Source: Gemmatimonadota bacterium
Lineage (GTDB): Bacteria; Gemmatimonadota; Gemmatimonadetes; Palauibacterales; KS3-K002
Assembly (NCBI GenBank): GCA_039586795.1
Contig: JBDHJS010000032.1
Span: 3,847 to 67,846 of the forward strand
Reading direction: 5' to 3'
DNA: 64,000 bases
The number at the start of each line of letters is the position of its first letter. The stretch's first letter is position 1. Under the pieces are notes generated by a model, which did no database searches, had not been told where the DNA came from, and saw nothing but the letters and a program-made list of their open reading frames with translations. Made by a program: the position numbers and the translations under genes. This document shows, piece by piece, positions 36,320-46,684 of the stretch.

Positions 36320-39300
36320 ATGATGGATGAACCGACCATGCGCATACGACCCATATTTGTGATTGCACTGCTCGCGTTTGCCTCATCTTCGGCGACGGCC
36401 CAGGAAGAGCGCCCCTTTGCCCGTTTTCCGTCCGTAAGCCCCGATGGAAGAATCGTGGCATTCTCCTACCAGGGCGACATCTGGACGGTGCCGGTGGATG
36501 GCGGTCGGGCGACCCGGCTGACGATCCACGAGGCCTATGAGAGCTATCCGCGTTGGAGCCCCGACGGCGGACGAATCGCTTTCGTCAGCGATCGCTACGG
36601 CTCGGACGACATATTCGTTATGGATGCGACGGGCAGCGGGGTGACGCGCCTCACGTTCCATTCGGCGGCTGACGTACTTGGCGGCTGGACGCCGGACGAT
36701 CGCCTGTTGTTTCAAACGCGGCGAACGTACGCGCAGGTTGAACGCGAGCCCGAGATCTACGAGGTATCAGTTGCCGGCGGCACGCCGAACCGCTTGCTGA
36801 ATGGGCTGGGTTTCACGCCACGCATGTCGCCGGACGGTCGCTTCATCGCGTTCGTATTTCGGACGAATGGAGAGTTCCGAAAAGGATACGTCGGTCCTGC
36901 GAACAAGGACATCTGGGTCTACGACACACAGGCCAACCGTTACACGCGATTCACGAACTACGACGGAAATGACTTTCGGCCGGAGTGGGTGGGCTCGCGG
37001 ACGCTTTTGTTCGTCAGCGAGCGAGACGGAACCTACAACGTGTATCGCCGAGGCATAGACGACAATGGGGACGCTTCGGGAAGTGCCGAGCAGGTTACGA
37101 GCTTCACTGGGGACGGTGTGCGTACGTTCGGAGTCAGCGCCGACGGCGCGACGCTCGTTCTCGAGAGACAAACCGATCTGTACGTAATGCGTGGTGGCGG
37201 TGCTCCCGCGCTTCTAGGGATCGACGTCCCCGCCGACGATCGTTTCGACCCGGTGGAGCGCCGCACTTTCACGAATCAGGCGAGCAGCTTTGATATATCG
37301 CCGGATGGGAAGCTGATTGCGTTTGTCGTGCGTGGTGAATTGTTCGTGACGGAGAACGACAGCGAGAAGAACCGCACCGTGAGGCTCACCAGCCACCCGT
37401 ATCGCGACCTGGATGCGATGTGGACCAGCGATTCGACGCTCATATTCGCGTCGGATCGAGAGGGGCAGTTCGATCTCTACATGCTGGAATCGGCCGACCC
37501 GGATGAGTCGAATCTGTTTCGGAGCTTGAAACACCGCGCCGTCCGGCTCACTGACTCCGAGGAGGATGAGCGGCTCTACTCGCTGTCTCCGGACTATTCG
37601 AAGCTCGCCTTCGGCCGCGGACGTGGAGAGCTGGTGGTCGCTGAGATAGAGGGCGGGCGCCTGGGCGGCGAACGCGTTTTGCTTGATGGTTGGGATACCC
37701 CGGGCGGCGTGTCGTGGAGCCCAGACGGCCGCTGGTTGGCCTACTCGCTGGACGACCTGGATTTCAATACCGAGATCTACATACACGCTGCGGATGACTC
37801 CGGCGAGCCGGTGAATTTCACCAAGCATCCAAAGGGTGATTACTCTCCGGTCTGGAGCAAGGACGGCAGCAAGCTCGGCTTCATCTCGGCACGCAACAAC
37901 GGCGACGCCGATATTTGGTTCGTCTGGCTCCGCCACGAGGATTGGCAGAAGACGCAACAGGATTGGGAGGAACAAGACGGAGAAGAAGAGGACGGCGAGG
38001 ACGACGGCGATAGTGACGAGCCCGAGCCGATCGAGATCGACTTCGAACGTATCCACGAACGGCTCGTTCAGGTTACCTCGTTGCCGGGCAACGAGTCGGA
38101 CCTCGCAGTATCGGAGGACGGCGAGACCTTCTTTTTCGTCAACAATCGCTCGGGTCGAGCGTTCTTCGAGGCCGATCAGGACCTCTATAAGGTGAAATGG
38201 GACGGCACTGATATGGAGGCGCTCACGACCGGAGGCCAATCGCCCTTCGGAGTATGGCTCGGGCCGGATGGTAAATACCTCTACATGGGGCGTTCCGGTG
38301 GCCGGCTTGCTCGGGTGAAGACCGACGGTGGAAGGGTCGAGGGGTTGCCCTTCTCGGCACGTGTAGAGATTGACTACCCGGAAGAACGACGGCAGGTGTT
38401 CGGTGAGGCGTGGCGCGTGTTGAGGGACGGTTTTTACGACCCGAACTTCCACGGTCTCGATTGGGAAACCGCTGGAGAGAAGTATGGCGCCTGGGCGGAC
38501 TTGGCCTCGACCAACCGTGATTTTCGGGACGTATTCAACATGCTGCTCGGCGAACTGAATGCCAGCCACTTGGGCCTGTACGGACCGGACCGCGCCGAGA
38601 CCCAAACCGAACGCACCGGATTGCTGGGTGTCGAGGTCGACCCCGTTGCTGATGGCGTCCTGGTCGAACGCGTGATCCCGGACTCGCCGGCGGATCGTGA
38701 GGCCAGTCGGCTGTTCGAGGGCGACGTCATTACTGCGGTCGAAGGAGTTCCCGTCGCCGGCTCGAACTTCTACGCTCTGCTGGTCGACCGCGTCAGTCAG
38801 AAGACCGTGCTCACGGTTCGCGGAAGCGGCGGAGCCGGGCGCGATGTCGTGATCCGGCCGACCGGTAGCCTGCGTGGAAACCTGTATGAGGAGTGGGTGC
38901 GAGATCGTAGGGAGCTCACCGAGAGCTACTCGAATGGCCGGTTGGGCTATATCCACGTCCAGGGTATGAATTGGCCGAGCTTCGAGAGGTTCGAGCGCGA
39001 GCTGGTCGCCAGCGGCGAAGGCAAGGATGGCATAGTGGTCGACGTCCGCTACAACGGCGGTGGCTGGACTACGGACTACTTGATGGCCGTGCTGACGGTT
39101 CAGCAGCACGCGTATACTGTTCCCCGAGGTGCGGCGAATAATCTACAGCAGCAGCACACGGAATTTCGCGCGCACTATCCGTACGGCGAGCGGCTTCCGC
39201 TGGCCGCGTGGACGAAGCCGGCAGTCGCTCTGTGCAACGCGAGCTCGTTCTCAAACGCCGAAATCTTCTCCCATGCTTTCAAGACACTCGGCAGGGGTAC

Positions 39301-39547
39301 CCTGGTTGGTGAGCCAACCTTCGGCGCCGTGATCTCTACCGGCGGCGCCGGCCTGATCGACGGCTCTTTCGTGCGTCTGCCGTTCCGCGGCTGGTACGTG
39401 AAGGCGACTGACGAGAACATGGAGAACGGTCCGGCGGTGCCCGATATCGTCATCGAGACGCGGCCGGATTCTCGCGCCGAGGGTGAGGACGCGCAGCTCC
39501 GCGCGGCGGTGCGTGAATTGCTGCGGCAGATTGACGGCGAGGGTTGA
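36320..39547 (+). CDS. tricorn protease homolog (beta-propellers + PDZ + S41 peptidase)
   Basis: FPSVSPDGRIVAFSYQGDIWTV, RWSPDGGRIAFVSDRYG and repeated SPDG propeller blades. C-terminal S41 region contains DVRYNGGGWT and NASSFSNAEIF. The signal-peptide-like MRIRPIFVIALLAFASSSATAQ suggests a start at 36338. Confidence 0.9.
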   Translation: MMDEPTMRIRPIFVIALLAFASSSATAQEERPFARFPSVSPDGRIVAFSYQGDIWTVPVDGGRATRLTIHEAYESYPRWSPDGGRIAFVSDRYGSDDIFVMDATGSGVTRLTFHSAADVLGGWTPDDRLLFQTRRTYAQVEREPEIYEVSVAGGTPNRLLNGLGFTPRMSPDGRFIAFVFRTNGEFRKGYVGPANKDIWVYDTQANRYTRFTNYDGNDFRPEWVGSRTLLFVSERDGTYNVYRRGIDDNGDASGSAEQVTSFTGDGVRTFGVSADGATLVLERQTDLYVMRGGGAPALLGIDVPADDRFDPVERRTFTNQASSFDISPDGKLIAFVVRGELFVTENDSEKNRTVRLTSHPYRDLDAMWTSDSTLIFASDREGQFDLYMLESADPDESNLFRSLKHRAVRLTDSEEDERLYSLSPDYSKLAFGRGRGELVVAEIEGGRLGGERVLLDGWDTPGGVSWSPDGRWLAYSLDDLDFNTEIYIHAADDSGEPVNFTKHPKGDYSPVWSKDGSKLGFISARNNGDADIWFVWLRHEDWQKTQQDWEEQDGEEEDGEDDGDSDEPEPIEIDFERIHERLVQVTSLPGNESDLAVSEDGETFFFVNNRSGRAFFEADQDLYKVKWDGTDMEALTTGGQSPFGVWLGPDGKYLYMGRSGGRLARVKTDGGRVEGLPFSARVEIDYPEERRQVFGEAWRVLRDGFYDPNFHGLDWETAGEKYGAWADLASTNRDFRDVFNMLLGELNASHLGLYGPDRAETQTERTGLLGVEVDPVADGVLVERVIPDSPADREASRLFEGDVITAVEGVPVAGSNFYALLVDRVSQKTVLTVRGSGGAGRDVVIRPTGSLRGNLYEEWVRDRRELTESYSNGRLGYIHVQGMNWPSFERFERELVASGEGKDGIVVDVRYNGGGWTTDYLMAVLTVQQHAYTVPRGAANNLQQQHTEFRAHYPYGERLPLAAWTKPAVALCNASSFSNAEIFSHAFKTLGRGTLVGEPTFGAVISTGGAGLIDGSFVRLPFRGWYVKATDENMENGPAVPDIVIETRPDSRAEGEDAQLRAAVRELLRQIDGEG

Positions 39548-39562
39548 ATAGGGCCGTATCGT

Positions 39563-40219
39563 ATGGGCTATCGCGTCCGGAGCAGGGCAGGCGCCGGGCA
39601 GTTGCTGCTTACAGTAGCGTTTGCTGCCTGCGGGAGCCACACCGTAGACTCTGACTCGCCGTCTGCTGTCGAGGACTGTTGCAGCGAATTCGACTACGTG
39701 CTCGAGGTCACGATCTTCCAGATCGACGTGGTGCATCTGTATCTGCGTGTCGATCCTGAGACAGGTCTGGCCGTCTCGAGCTTGGTGTCGCGCGGCAGTC
39801 GCTCACGAGCGTTGGAAGATTCAGTCGTCGAAGCACTGCTTAGGACTCCGAGCGCCTACGCGCGTATGACTTTTCTGATGGAAATGTCGGCCGAGCGGTT
39901 TCTGGACAACACTATAGAGACCCTCGAGGGGATGGGTGAAGAGGGTTTGCTGACCGCTGCCGAGGTCGATAACCTCGTCCGATCGGCTCGGCGGCGGTTT
40001 GCGTTTCTCAATGAATCCGGCATCACGGCAGGCGACTATCTCGAACAATTGCTCCACGGCGACTCGCTCAAAACGCGATTCTTCAGGGAAGACGGCGAAC
40101 GTAGCATGGAGGATGTGCAGATTGGACGCGCGCACAGGATCGCGCTGCTGGGGTCTTATTTCTCGGAAGCGTCAGACTTCCGAGACGGTCTGCTCGATCA
40201 GGTGTTCGGGTCCAGATGA
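39563..40219 (+). CDS. hypothetical lipoprotein
   Basis: Lipobox FAACGS. 218 aa with no firm family assignment. Confidence 0.5.
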   Translation: MGYRVRSRAGAGQLLLTVAFAACGSHTVDSDSPSAVEDCCSEFDYVLEVTIFQIDVVHLYLRVDPETGLAVSSLVSRGSRSRALEDSVVEALLRTPSAYARMTFLMEMSAERFLDNTIETLEGMGEEGLLTAAEVDNLVRSARRRFAFLNESGITAGDYLEQLLHGDSLKTRFFREDGERSMEDVQIGRAHRIALLGSYFSEASDFRDGLLDQVFGSR

Positions 40220-40325
40220 AGAGCAAGGACCGCGAACTCGAACGTCCTCCTGGAGGCCTGTTCGTTCGCCGAGTTGGCCGGCTCGCTCCCTTCCGCGTCA
40301 TGACCGCATCACATAGCGGACCTCG

Positions 40326-41282
40326 ATGAGTGTCACGGCGGCCCCCTCGTCGGCAGATGTATTGATCGTCGAATCGGCGACGCGGCGGTGGGGTGAACGC
40401 GTCGCGCTCGACAGCGTCACGTTCAGCGTGCGTGCTGGAGAGCTCTTCGCGCTAATCGGCCCAAACGGTGCCGGGAAGACCACTCTCATCCGCGCCGTCA
40501 CCGGGCGGGCGCCGCTCGATGACGGCCGAATCGAGATTCGTGGGCCGGAAGCGTCTGGCTCGAGCAAAGGAGCGTCGTTGGGGCTCGTGCCACAGTCTCT
40601 TGCTATCTACACGCATCTCACGCCGCGTGAAAACCTCTCCGTCTTCGCACGACTGGCCGCAATGCCGCCTGGTGTTATCGAGGATGCCGTTCAGGCTGCG
40701 CTCGAACGCGTGGGTCTGGAATCGAGGGCGGGTGACCGCACATCTAGCTTGTCAGGCGGTATGCAACGCCGCCTGAATATCGCGGCGGGAATCCTTCACA
40801 ACCCTCCATTGCTACTGCTGGACGAACCCACGGTTGGTGTGGACGTGGTCGCACGTGAAACCATCCACGACGTGCTGCGCAAGCTGCGACGCCTGGGTAT
40901 GGCGATACTCCTTACGACGCACGATCTGGATCAAGCGGGTGAGCTGGCCGATCGTGTGGGCGTGCTATCGCATGGACGGCTGCTTGCGACTGATACCCCC
41001 ACCCGTCTCATCGCCGAGACCTTCGGGTCGAAGCGAGAACTCTTAGTGACACTGCACGACGCCCCGAGTCCCTCCGCACAGAGGGCCCTCGAAGGCTACG
41101 GGCTGCGCAGCGCGAACGGTGGTACTGTCTGGGGCGGGCAGCTTATGGGCGGACTGGATCAGGTTTCGATACTGGAGGACACGCTCGCCGAAGCCGGCGC
41201 GAACGTAGACGAAGTGCGGATCCGCGAACCGTCTCTCCGCAGCGTGTTCTTCAACCTCACCGGCGAGGACGTGGCCCCATGA
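40326..41282 (+). CDS. ABC transporter ATP-binding protein
   Basis: Walker A GPNGAGKTT, signature LSGGMQRR and Walker B LLLLDEPT. Confidence 0.9.
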   Translation: MSVTAAPSSADVLIVESATRRWGERVALDSVTFSVRAGELFALIGPNGAGKTTLIRAVTGRAPLDDGRIEIRGPEASGSSKGASLGLVPQSLAIYTHLTPRENLSVFARLAAMPPGVIEDAVQAALERVGLESRAGDRTSSLSGGMQRRLNIAAGILHNPPLLLLDEPTVGVDVVARETIHDVLRKLRRLGMAILLTTHDLDQAGELADRVGVLSHGRLLATDTPTRLIAETFGSKRELLVTLHDAPSPSAQRALEGYGLRSANGGTVWGGQLMGGLDQVSILEDTLAEAGANVDEVRIREPSLRSVFFNLTGEDVAP

Positions 41283-42388
41283 GCTGGGCGGTGTTTCGAG
41301 TGATGCTTTTGGGCTTGATTCGGGATCGTGGTGCCCTCGCCATGACGTTCTTGGTTCCGTCCGTCTTCTTCCTCGTCTTCGCATCGATCTTCGCCGCCTC
41401 GAGTGGAGGCAATTTCCGCCCCCGAGTCGCCGTCGGGTACGATTCCGGCTCCCCCTGGACGGGTGAGTTCGTGACGGAATTGCGTTCTGAAGATGCTCTG
41501 GATATCACCAGGGTTTACGAGGACGATGCGGATAGCGTGCGCGATCTGGTCCGCCATGGTCGTGTCGACGTTGGTCTCTTGATAGAGAGTGACCCTGACA
41601 ATCCCGACCGACCAGGCTTCGTGATCGTCCATGATCCCGCTCGAAATGTGGCGTCACAGATCCTCACTGCCAGTATTCAGCGGGCCTATGCGGTCACGTT
41701 CGTGATTCCGAAGCCGGCAGCGGGACAGCTTCCATCGTTCGCTCCGACGATCGACATTCAGGCCGCGACCGGAGGTGCGGCGGGCTCGAATGAGGTCGCC
41801 TACTCAGCGGGCGCGGTCGCTTTGCTGTTCTTGCTGCTGTCAGCAGTGCACGGTGCCGTTTCATTGTTCGAAGAACGCGACAGTGGGATCATTGAGCGTT
41901 TGGTCGCTGGGCCGGCGGGAACGCGGCCCCTGGTGGACGGGAAGTTTCTCTACCTCACGGTCCTTGGGATCGTCCAGATCTTTGTTATCTTCGCGTTGGC
42001 TTGGCTCGTGTACGGCGTAAATGTGCCGTCGCGCTGGCTGCCATGGCTTGTTATCAGCGTGGCGGCGGCGGCGTCTGCTGCGGGACTGGCTCTGGCGTTG
42101 ACCACTTTGTTTCCCACGCGGCACCAGGCGCTGACGTTTGCCAACGTGACCGTGCTCATCATGTGCGCCCTCGGTGGAAGCATGATCCCGCGATTTCTGA
42201 TGCCGCCGTTGTTGCGGCAGGCGGGTTGGGTCACGCCGAACGCTTGGGCCCTGGAAGCCTACACGTCCATCTTCTGGCGCGGGGATCCATTGACAGCGCT
42301 CGGGTTACCGTTGTCTCTTCTTGCGGTCGCTGCGCTAGTTGGTCTCATGCTGGCGCGCCGAAACGCTCGGCGCCTGGAAGCGCTTTAA
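41279..42388 (+). CDS. ABC-2 type transporter permease
   Basis: Start overlaps the ATPase stop (ATGA). One N-terminal TM, a large loop, and five C-terminal TM segments, typical of ABC-2 permeases. Confidence 0.8.
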   Translation: MSWAVFRVMLLGLIRDRGALAMTFLVPSVFFLVFASIFAASSGGNFRPRVAVGYDSGSPWTGEFVTELRSEDALDITRVYEDDADSVRDLVRHGRVDVGLLIESDPDNPDRPGFVIVHDPARNVASQILTASIQRAYAVTFVIPKPAAGQLPSFAPTIDIQAATGGAAGSNEVAYSAGAVALLFLLLSAVHGAVSLFEERDSGIIERLVAGPAGTRPLVDGKFLYLTVLGIVQIFVIFALAWLVYGVNVPSRWLPWLVISVAAAASAAGLALALTTLFPTRHQALTFANVTVLIMCALGGSMIPRFLMPPLLRQAGWVTPNAWALEAYTSIFWRGDPLTALGLPLSLLAVAALVGLMLARRNARRLEAL

Positions 42389-42428
42389 GCGGCCGGCAGC
42401 GGTTGATATACTGAGCCAGGAGAAACGG

Positions 42429-42908
42429 ATGTCAGTACTGCTTAACAGTCTTCTGTTCCTAGGCGCTTTCGCCGGTATGGAACTCGTCGCGTACGTGACG
42501 CACAAGTACGTGATGCACGGCTTCCTTTGGAACCTGCATGAGTCCCACCACGTCTATCACGATGGTTGGTTCGAAAAGAACGACCTCTTCGGAGTTCTCT
42601 TTGCGATCCCATCGATTGTGCTCATCTACTTCGGTGTGAATCACTATTCGCCGTTGCTGTGGGTCGGCTTCGGGATGACCGCTTACGGCGCTGCGTACTT
42701 CGCTTTCCACGACATCATCGTCCACCGGCGAGTCAAGATACCCTACAAGGCGAAGAACGCTTACATGCGGCGGATCGTACAGGCGCATCGTATGCACCAT
42801 GCGACGGTCGAACGCGCTGGGGCCGTGTCGTTTGGGTTTCTTTATGCGCCGGGGCTCGAGCGTCTGAAAGCGCAGCGCGAACGGATCGCCGCCGAGGGAT
42901 CCGAATAG
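42429..42908 (+). CDS. crtZ: beta-carotene 3-hydroxylase
   Basis: ATG at 42429 (MSVLLNSLLF). His boxes HKYVMHGFLWNLHESHH, FHDIIVHRR and AHRMHH. Confidence 0.9.
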   Translation: MSVLLNSLLFLGAFAGMELVAYVTHKYVMHGFLWNLHESHHVYHDGWFEKNDLFGVLFAIPSIVLIYFGVNHYSPLLWVGFGMTAYGAAYFAFHDIIVHRRVKIPYKAKNAYMRRIVQAHRMHHATVERAGAVSFGFLYAPGLERLKAQRERIAAEGSE

Positions 42909-42909
42909 C

Positions 42910-43851
42910 TCACGCGTCTTCCTGCGGGATGGGCCACAATCCAGCACGCTCCTCAGCCATACGGTTCCCGACGACCTGACGGCCGGTCGTATGGGCGACG
43001 GCGATCACCACCCATCTTAGCTTCCCCGCGAGCGAGATGGACACTCGTTCATCCCACGCGTTTTGCCCGAGCCTTCGAACAACGTGACCGATGTCTCGGT
43101 AGATGAGTCGCGCGGCTGCTATAGACCAGGCGGAACGGAAGGGCAACTGCGCGATACCCACCAGGGCAGAGGTGTAATATCGCTCGGCCTCATCGAGCAA
43201 CTTCCCGATGGCCACCGCGAGTGGCGCACGGTACTCCGAGTGTGTAATGCGGTCGGGATCGATTCCGCTTTCGCGAATCCACTGTCGAGGGACGTACACG
43301 CGACCCGCGTCAGCGTCGCCGATGACATCGCGCGCGATGTTCGTCAGTTGGAACGCAATACCTAGATCGGCCGCCCGGTCCAGAGCGTCGCGGTCTCGCA
43401 CGCCCATGATGCGGGCCATCATCACGCCGACGACCCCGGCAACGTGATAGCAGTAGCGGATCGTATCATCCAGGGTGTCGAAGTCGTCGCCACGCACGTC
43501 CATGGCGAAGCCGTCCAGGTGGGCGAACGGGTAGATCTCCGGCATGTCGTACTCCGCGACGACGCGGCTCAGCGCTCGGAACGGCACCTCCTCGACCGGC
43601 TCGCCCGCCAGGGCCAGACGCGTCTGCTCGGTCAGGTACTCGAGGACGTCGGCGGGCGGTCTTTCATGCGATTCATCCGCGAATCCCAGTTTCTGTCCGT
43701 CCACGCAGTCGTCACAGTAGCGGCACCACGTATAGAGCAAATGGGCGCTGTTGCGAATCGGTGCGGGAAGAAGTAAAGACGCGGTGAAGAAGCTCTTCGA
43801 GCCTTTTGCGATGGTCTTACGACTCTCCCGGAGCACTGCGTCGGTGGTCAT
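42910..43851 (-). CDS. crtB: phytoene synthase
   Basis: GSKSFFTASLLLP, LYTWCRYCDDCVDG and the second Asp-rich region NIARDVIGDADAGRVYVP. Confidence 0.9.
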   Translation of the reverse strand: MTTDAVLRESRKTIAKGSKSFFTASLLLPAPIRNSAHLLYTWCRYCDDCVDGQKLGFADESHERPPADVLEYLTEQTRLALAGEPVEEVPFRALSRVVAEYDMPEIYPFAHLDGFAMDVRGDDFDTLDDTIRYCYHVAGVVGVMMARIMGVRDRDALDRAADLGIAFQLTNIARDVIGDADAGRVYVPRQWIRESGIDPDRITHSEYRAPLAVAIGKLLDEAERYYTSALVGIAQLPFRSAWSIAAARLIYRDIGHVVRRLGQNAWDERVSISLAGKLRWVVIAVAHTTGRQVVGNRMAEERAGLWPIPQEDA

Positions 43852-43862
43852 CTCTCCCTTTG

Positions 43863-45368
43863 TTAGCTTTTCCCGAGGTCTTCGAGGATCAGTTTTGCCG
43901 TCGCCTTCGCAGAGCTCACCACGCCGGGCACACCGGCCCCGGGATGCGTCCCGGCTCCGACGAAGTACAGACCCCTGAAGCGGTCGTCTCGATTGTGCAC
44001 GCGGAAGTAAGCACTCTGCGTCAGCACGGGCTCGAGAGAGAACGCCGATCCTTGGTACGAGTTGAGCTCGGTGACGAAGTCGCTGGGTGTGAATATACGA
44101 CTCGTGACCAGATCGTCACGCAGGCCAGGAATGCACTGTGCTTCCAGGTATTCCAGGATGTGATCGCGATAACGCGGGCCTTCCACCGACCAGTCGATAT
44201 CGGCTTTTCCGAGATGTGGAACCGGCGCCAGGACGTAGAACGCCTCGCAGCCATCGGGCGCTAGAGAGGGATCGGTGACGGTCGGCACATGCAGGTAGAG
44301 TGAGGGGTCATCGGCGAGGATCCCTCGCTCGAAGATATCATCGAGTAGTTCACGATATCGGGGTCCAAACAGCACCATGTGGTGCGCTAGCTGTGGATGC
44401 TTGGTGCGCGTTCCAAAGTAGATGAGAAAGAGCGACATGGAAAAACGACGTCTTCGCAGACGTCTGGCCTGGCGGCGCCCCCAGCTTTCGTGACCGAGAA
44501 GACGTCCGTACGTGTGAACGACATCGGCGTTGCTCGCGACGACGTCCGCCTGAAGTTCACTGCCGTCAACGAGCTTCACCCCGCGAATCTGCTTTCCCTC
44601 GGTCAGAATCTGCTCGACGGCGGTGTCAAGCAGGACCGTCCCGCCGATCGACGTGAATAAATCAGCTAGCGCACGTACAAGTGCGCCTGTGCCTCCGCGG
44701 GGGAAGAAGACGCCCCACTTGCGCTCCAGCATATGAATGAGCGTGTAGATCGCCGACGTACGAAACGGGTTTCCTCCCACCAACAGTGCATGGAAACTGT
44801 ATACCTGCCGCAGGTGTGGGTCGCGAATGAATCGCGAGACGATTCCGTAGACGCTGCGATACGCCGCCAGCCGGATCAGCTGTGGCGCTACTCGAACCAT
44901 GCTACCCCAGTCCAGGAAGGGTACGTCCGCCAGTTTCACGTACCCCTGCTCGAATACCTCAGCGGCATACGCGAGGAATCGGGCATACCCATCCACATCG
45001 GGCGGGTTCTTATCGTGGATCTGCCGGTTGGTAAGCTCGAGGTCGTTGGTGTAGTCGAATCGGTAGCCGTCTTCCCATTGCAGTCGATAGAAAGGCCACA
45101 CCGGCATCAGCTCCACCCAGTCATCTATCTTCTGGCCGGCGATTGTGAAGAGCTCTGTTAGCAAGTCGGGCGCGGTGATCACCGTTGGGCCCGCGTCGAA
45201 GGTGAACCCGTCCTGCTGATACACGTAGGCGCGCCCGCCGGGCCGATCACGGCGCTCAACGAGCGTCGTCGATACGCCAGCCGCCTGCAGTCGAATGGCC
45301 AGTGCTAGCCCACCAAAGCCGCTCCCGATTACAACAGCCAACCGTTGGGATCTCGGGTTCTCAGTCAT
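43863..45368 (-). CDS. crtI: phytoene desaturase
   Basis: FAD fold AVVIGSGFGGLALAIRLQAAGV...VERRDRPGGRAY and C-terminal GLYFVGAGTHPGAGVPGV. Confidence 0.95.
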   Translation of the reverse strand: MTENPRSQRLAVVIGSGFGGLALAIRLQAAGVSTTLVERRDRPGGRAYVYQQDGFTFDAGPTVITAPDLLTELFTIAGQKIDDWVELMPVWPFYRLQWEDGYRFDYTNDLELTNRQIHDKNPPDVDGYARFLAYAAEVFEQGYVKLADVPFLDWGSMVRVAPQLIRLAAYRSVYGIVSRFIRDPHLRQVYSFHALLVGGNPFRTSAIYTLIHMLERKWGVFFPRGGTGALVRALADLFTSIGGTVLLDTAVEQILTEGKQIRGVKLVDGSELQADVVASNADVVHTYGRLLGHESWGRRQARRLRRRRFSMSLFLIYFGTRTKHPQLAHHMVLFGPRYRELLDDIFERGILADDPSLYLHVPTVTDPSLAPDGCEAFYVLAPVPHLGKADIDWSVEGPRYRDHILEYLEAQCIPGLRDDLVTSRIFTPSDFVTELNSYQGSAFSLEPVLTQSAYFRVHNRDDRFRGLYFVGAGTHPGAGVPGVVSSAKATAKLILEDLGKS

Positions 45369-46543
45369 GTCGATCTTCCGGCGTTTGTCTCCATCAATGC
45401 TTTGATTGCGGCTCCGATCGGTACCGGAGGCACACCAGCGAGAATCCGGAAACCGTCGAGCGCAGTTAGGCGCGCCGCGTAGAAGCGTGCGATTAGGCGT
45501 TCCGGCAACGTATAGAACCGCTCCAACACGCGATAGCGCCGATGGGGCTCGGCGGCGAGGTAGAGCATTCGGTTAAGGCCACGGAAGAGACGCCCAGATC
45601 TCCACGAACTCTCGGACAGTCCACGAAGCAGCCGATACGCATCGTTCGGCGTGGTCTTGGCAAGCAGGTCGGCCGAGCGTACCGCGCTGGGAAGCGAATA
45701 GCCTGTAGTCGGATGTACGAGCGCCGCCCGCAGCCCGATCCGCGCCAGGCGATCGGTGTCGCTCCAGAATTCGTCGATGTCGCCAGACAACAGGACGGGC
45801 AATACGCCCGATTCTTCGCGCTGGACTCCGGATACCGACCAGCCCGAACGCTCGGCGTAGAGAAGGATCTCGTTCCTGATCGCCTGCGCATCGATCTCTG
45901 GAGAGTCGCTGTAGTAAGTGTCTTCGATGAGCGCCGTTCGGGATGTGAATGGCAGGACATAGACGAAACGAAATCCGTCCATCTGGTCGACCGTGGCGTC
46001 CATCAGGATGGGATGGTTCAGTTCGATCGGTCGTTCGAAATCGACAACTTGCCCGAGAAACTTCTGGTAACCTAGACCCAGGGCAGCGCTCGACATAAAC
46101 CCGCGACCGTCGACGACCGTGGCAGCGCTGTAAACCTCGCCGCTGGCCAGCGTCACCGCCTGCTCGGTCATTTCGGAGACCTCGACTCCGAACTGCACCT
46201 CCTCGCCGAGGCTCGCTGCGATGCGCTCGTGGAAGTCAGCCGACTCGATGGACTGATAGCCCTGGGCGATCACTCTGCGATATCTTGGAAAGCGTACCTC
46301 GTGCTGCGGCCAGCGGTGACTGACCAACGGTTCCATCCAGGCCTGTTCTTCAGGCGTCAGGTCCCCGTCGTGAAACGACCAGGTGTGGTTCCCGCCCAGC
46401 GTGGGCCCGCGTTCCAAGACTCTGAATTTGAGATCGGGGCGTCGCTCTATGATGCGGTATGCGGCCAGGCCGTTGGCCAAACCGCCCCCTACGAAGAGAT
46501 AGTCGAAGTCCATGCGACCCGAGTCAGTGTGTGTCTTGGGCAC
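45365..46543 (-). CDS. crtY: lycopene beta-cyclase
   Basis: DYLFVGGGLANGLAAYRI, LGGNHTWSFHDGDL and HRWPQHEVRFP. Its stop overlaps the crtI start by 4 nt. Confidence 0.9.
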   Translation of the reverse strand: MPKTHTDSGRMDFDYLFVGGGLANGLAAYRIIERRPDLKFRVLERGPTLGGNHTWSFHDGDLTPEEQAWMEPLVSHRWPQHEVRFPRYRRVIAQGYQSIESADFHERIAASLGEEVQFGVEVSEMTEQAVTLASGEVYSAATVVDGRGFMSSAALGLGYQKFLGQVVDFERPIELNHPILMDATVDQMDGFRFVYVLPFTSRTALIEDTYYSDSPEIDAQAIRNEILLYAERSGWSVSGVQREESGVLPVLLSGDIDEFWSDTDRLARIGLRAALVHPTTGYSLPSAVRSADLLAKTTPNDAYRLLRGLSESSWRSGRLFRGLNRMLYLAAEPHRRYRVLERFYTLPERLIARFYAARLTALDGFRILAGVPPVPIGAAIKALMETNAGRST

Positions 46544-46614
46544 AGTCCGTAGCTCTCGGGGAAGATGATACCCCGGCTGTTGCTAGGAAACCCGCGTGCG
46601 CCTCACAATGCAGA

Positions 46615-46648
46615 TGGCCGGCGGTCTCCCAGAGGAGGCCGCCGGCCA
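46615..46648 (-). terminator. GC-rich hairpin downstream of the S46 peptidase gene
   Basis: TGGCCGGCGG-N14-CCGCCGGCCA, 37 nt after the stop at 46685. No clear U-tract. Confidence 0.35.
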
Positions 46649-46684
46649 CTATTAAATCGCGGTCGGTAGCGTGCCTTCGCTAGC

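Noticed and set aside
37214-39109. 631-aa ORF antisense to the tricorn-like protease gene
   Set aside because: Same reasoning: it is a shadow ORF of a GC-rich gene, and its composition is not protein-like.
42429-46543. Carotenoid cluster as a novel system
   Set aside because: It is a standard crtZ / crtB-crtI-crtY zeaxanthin-type set with canonical motifs. The only oddity is that no crtE is present in the window, and it may lie elsewhere.
46615-46648. PyrR-binding-loop-like sequence (UCCCAGAGGAGGCC) in a hairpin, possibly regulating carB
   Set aside because: It has an extra base relative to the CCAGAGAGG core. It lies 2.5 kb from carB with an opposite-strand gene in between. The position fits a simple terminator hairpin of the S46 peptidase gene.
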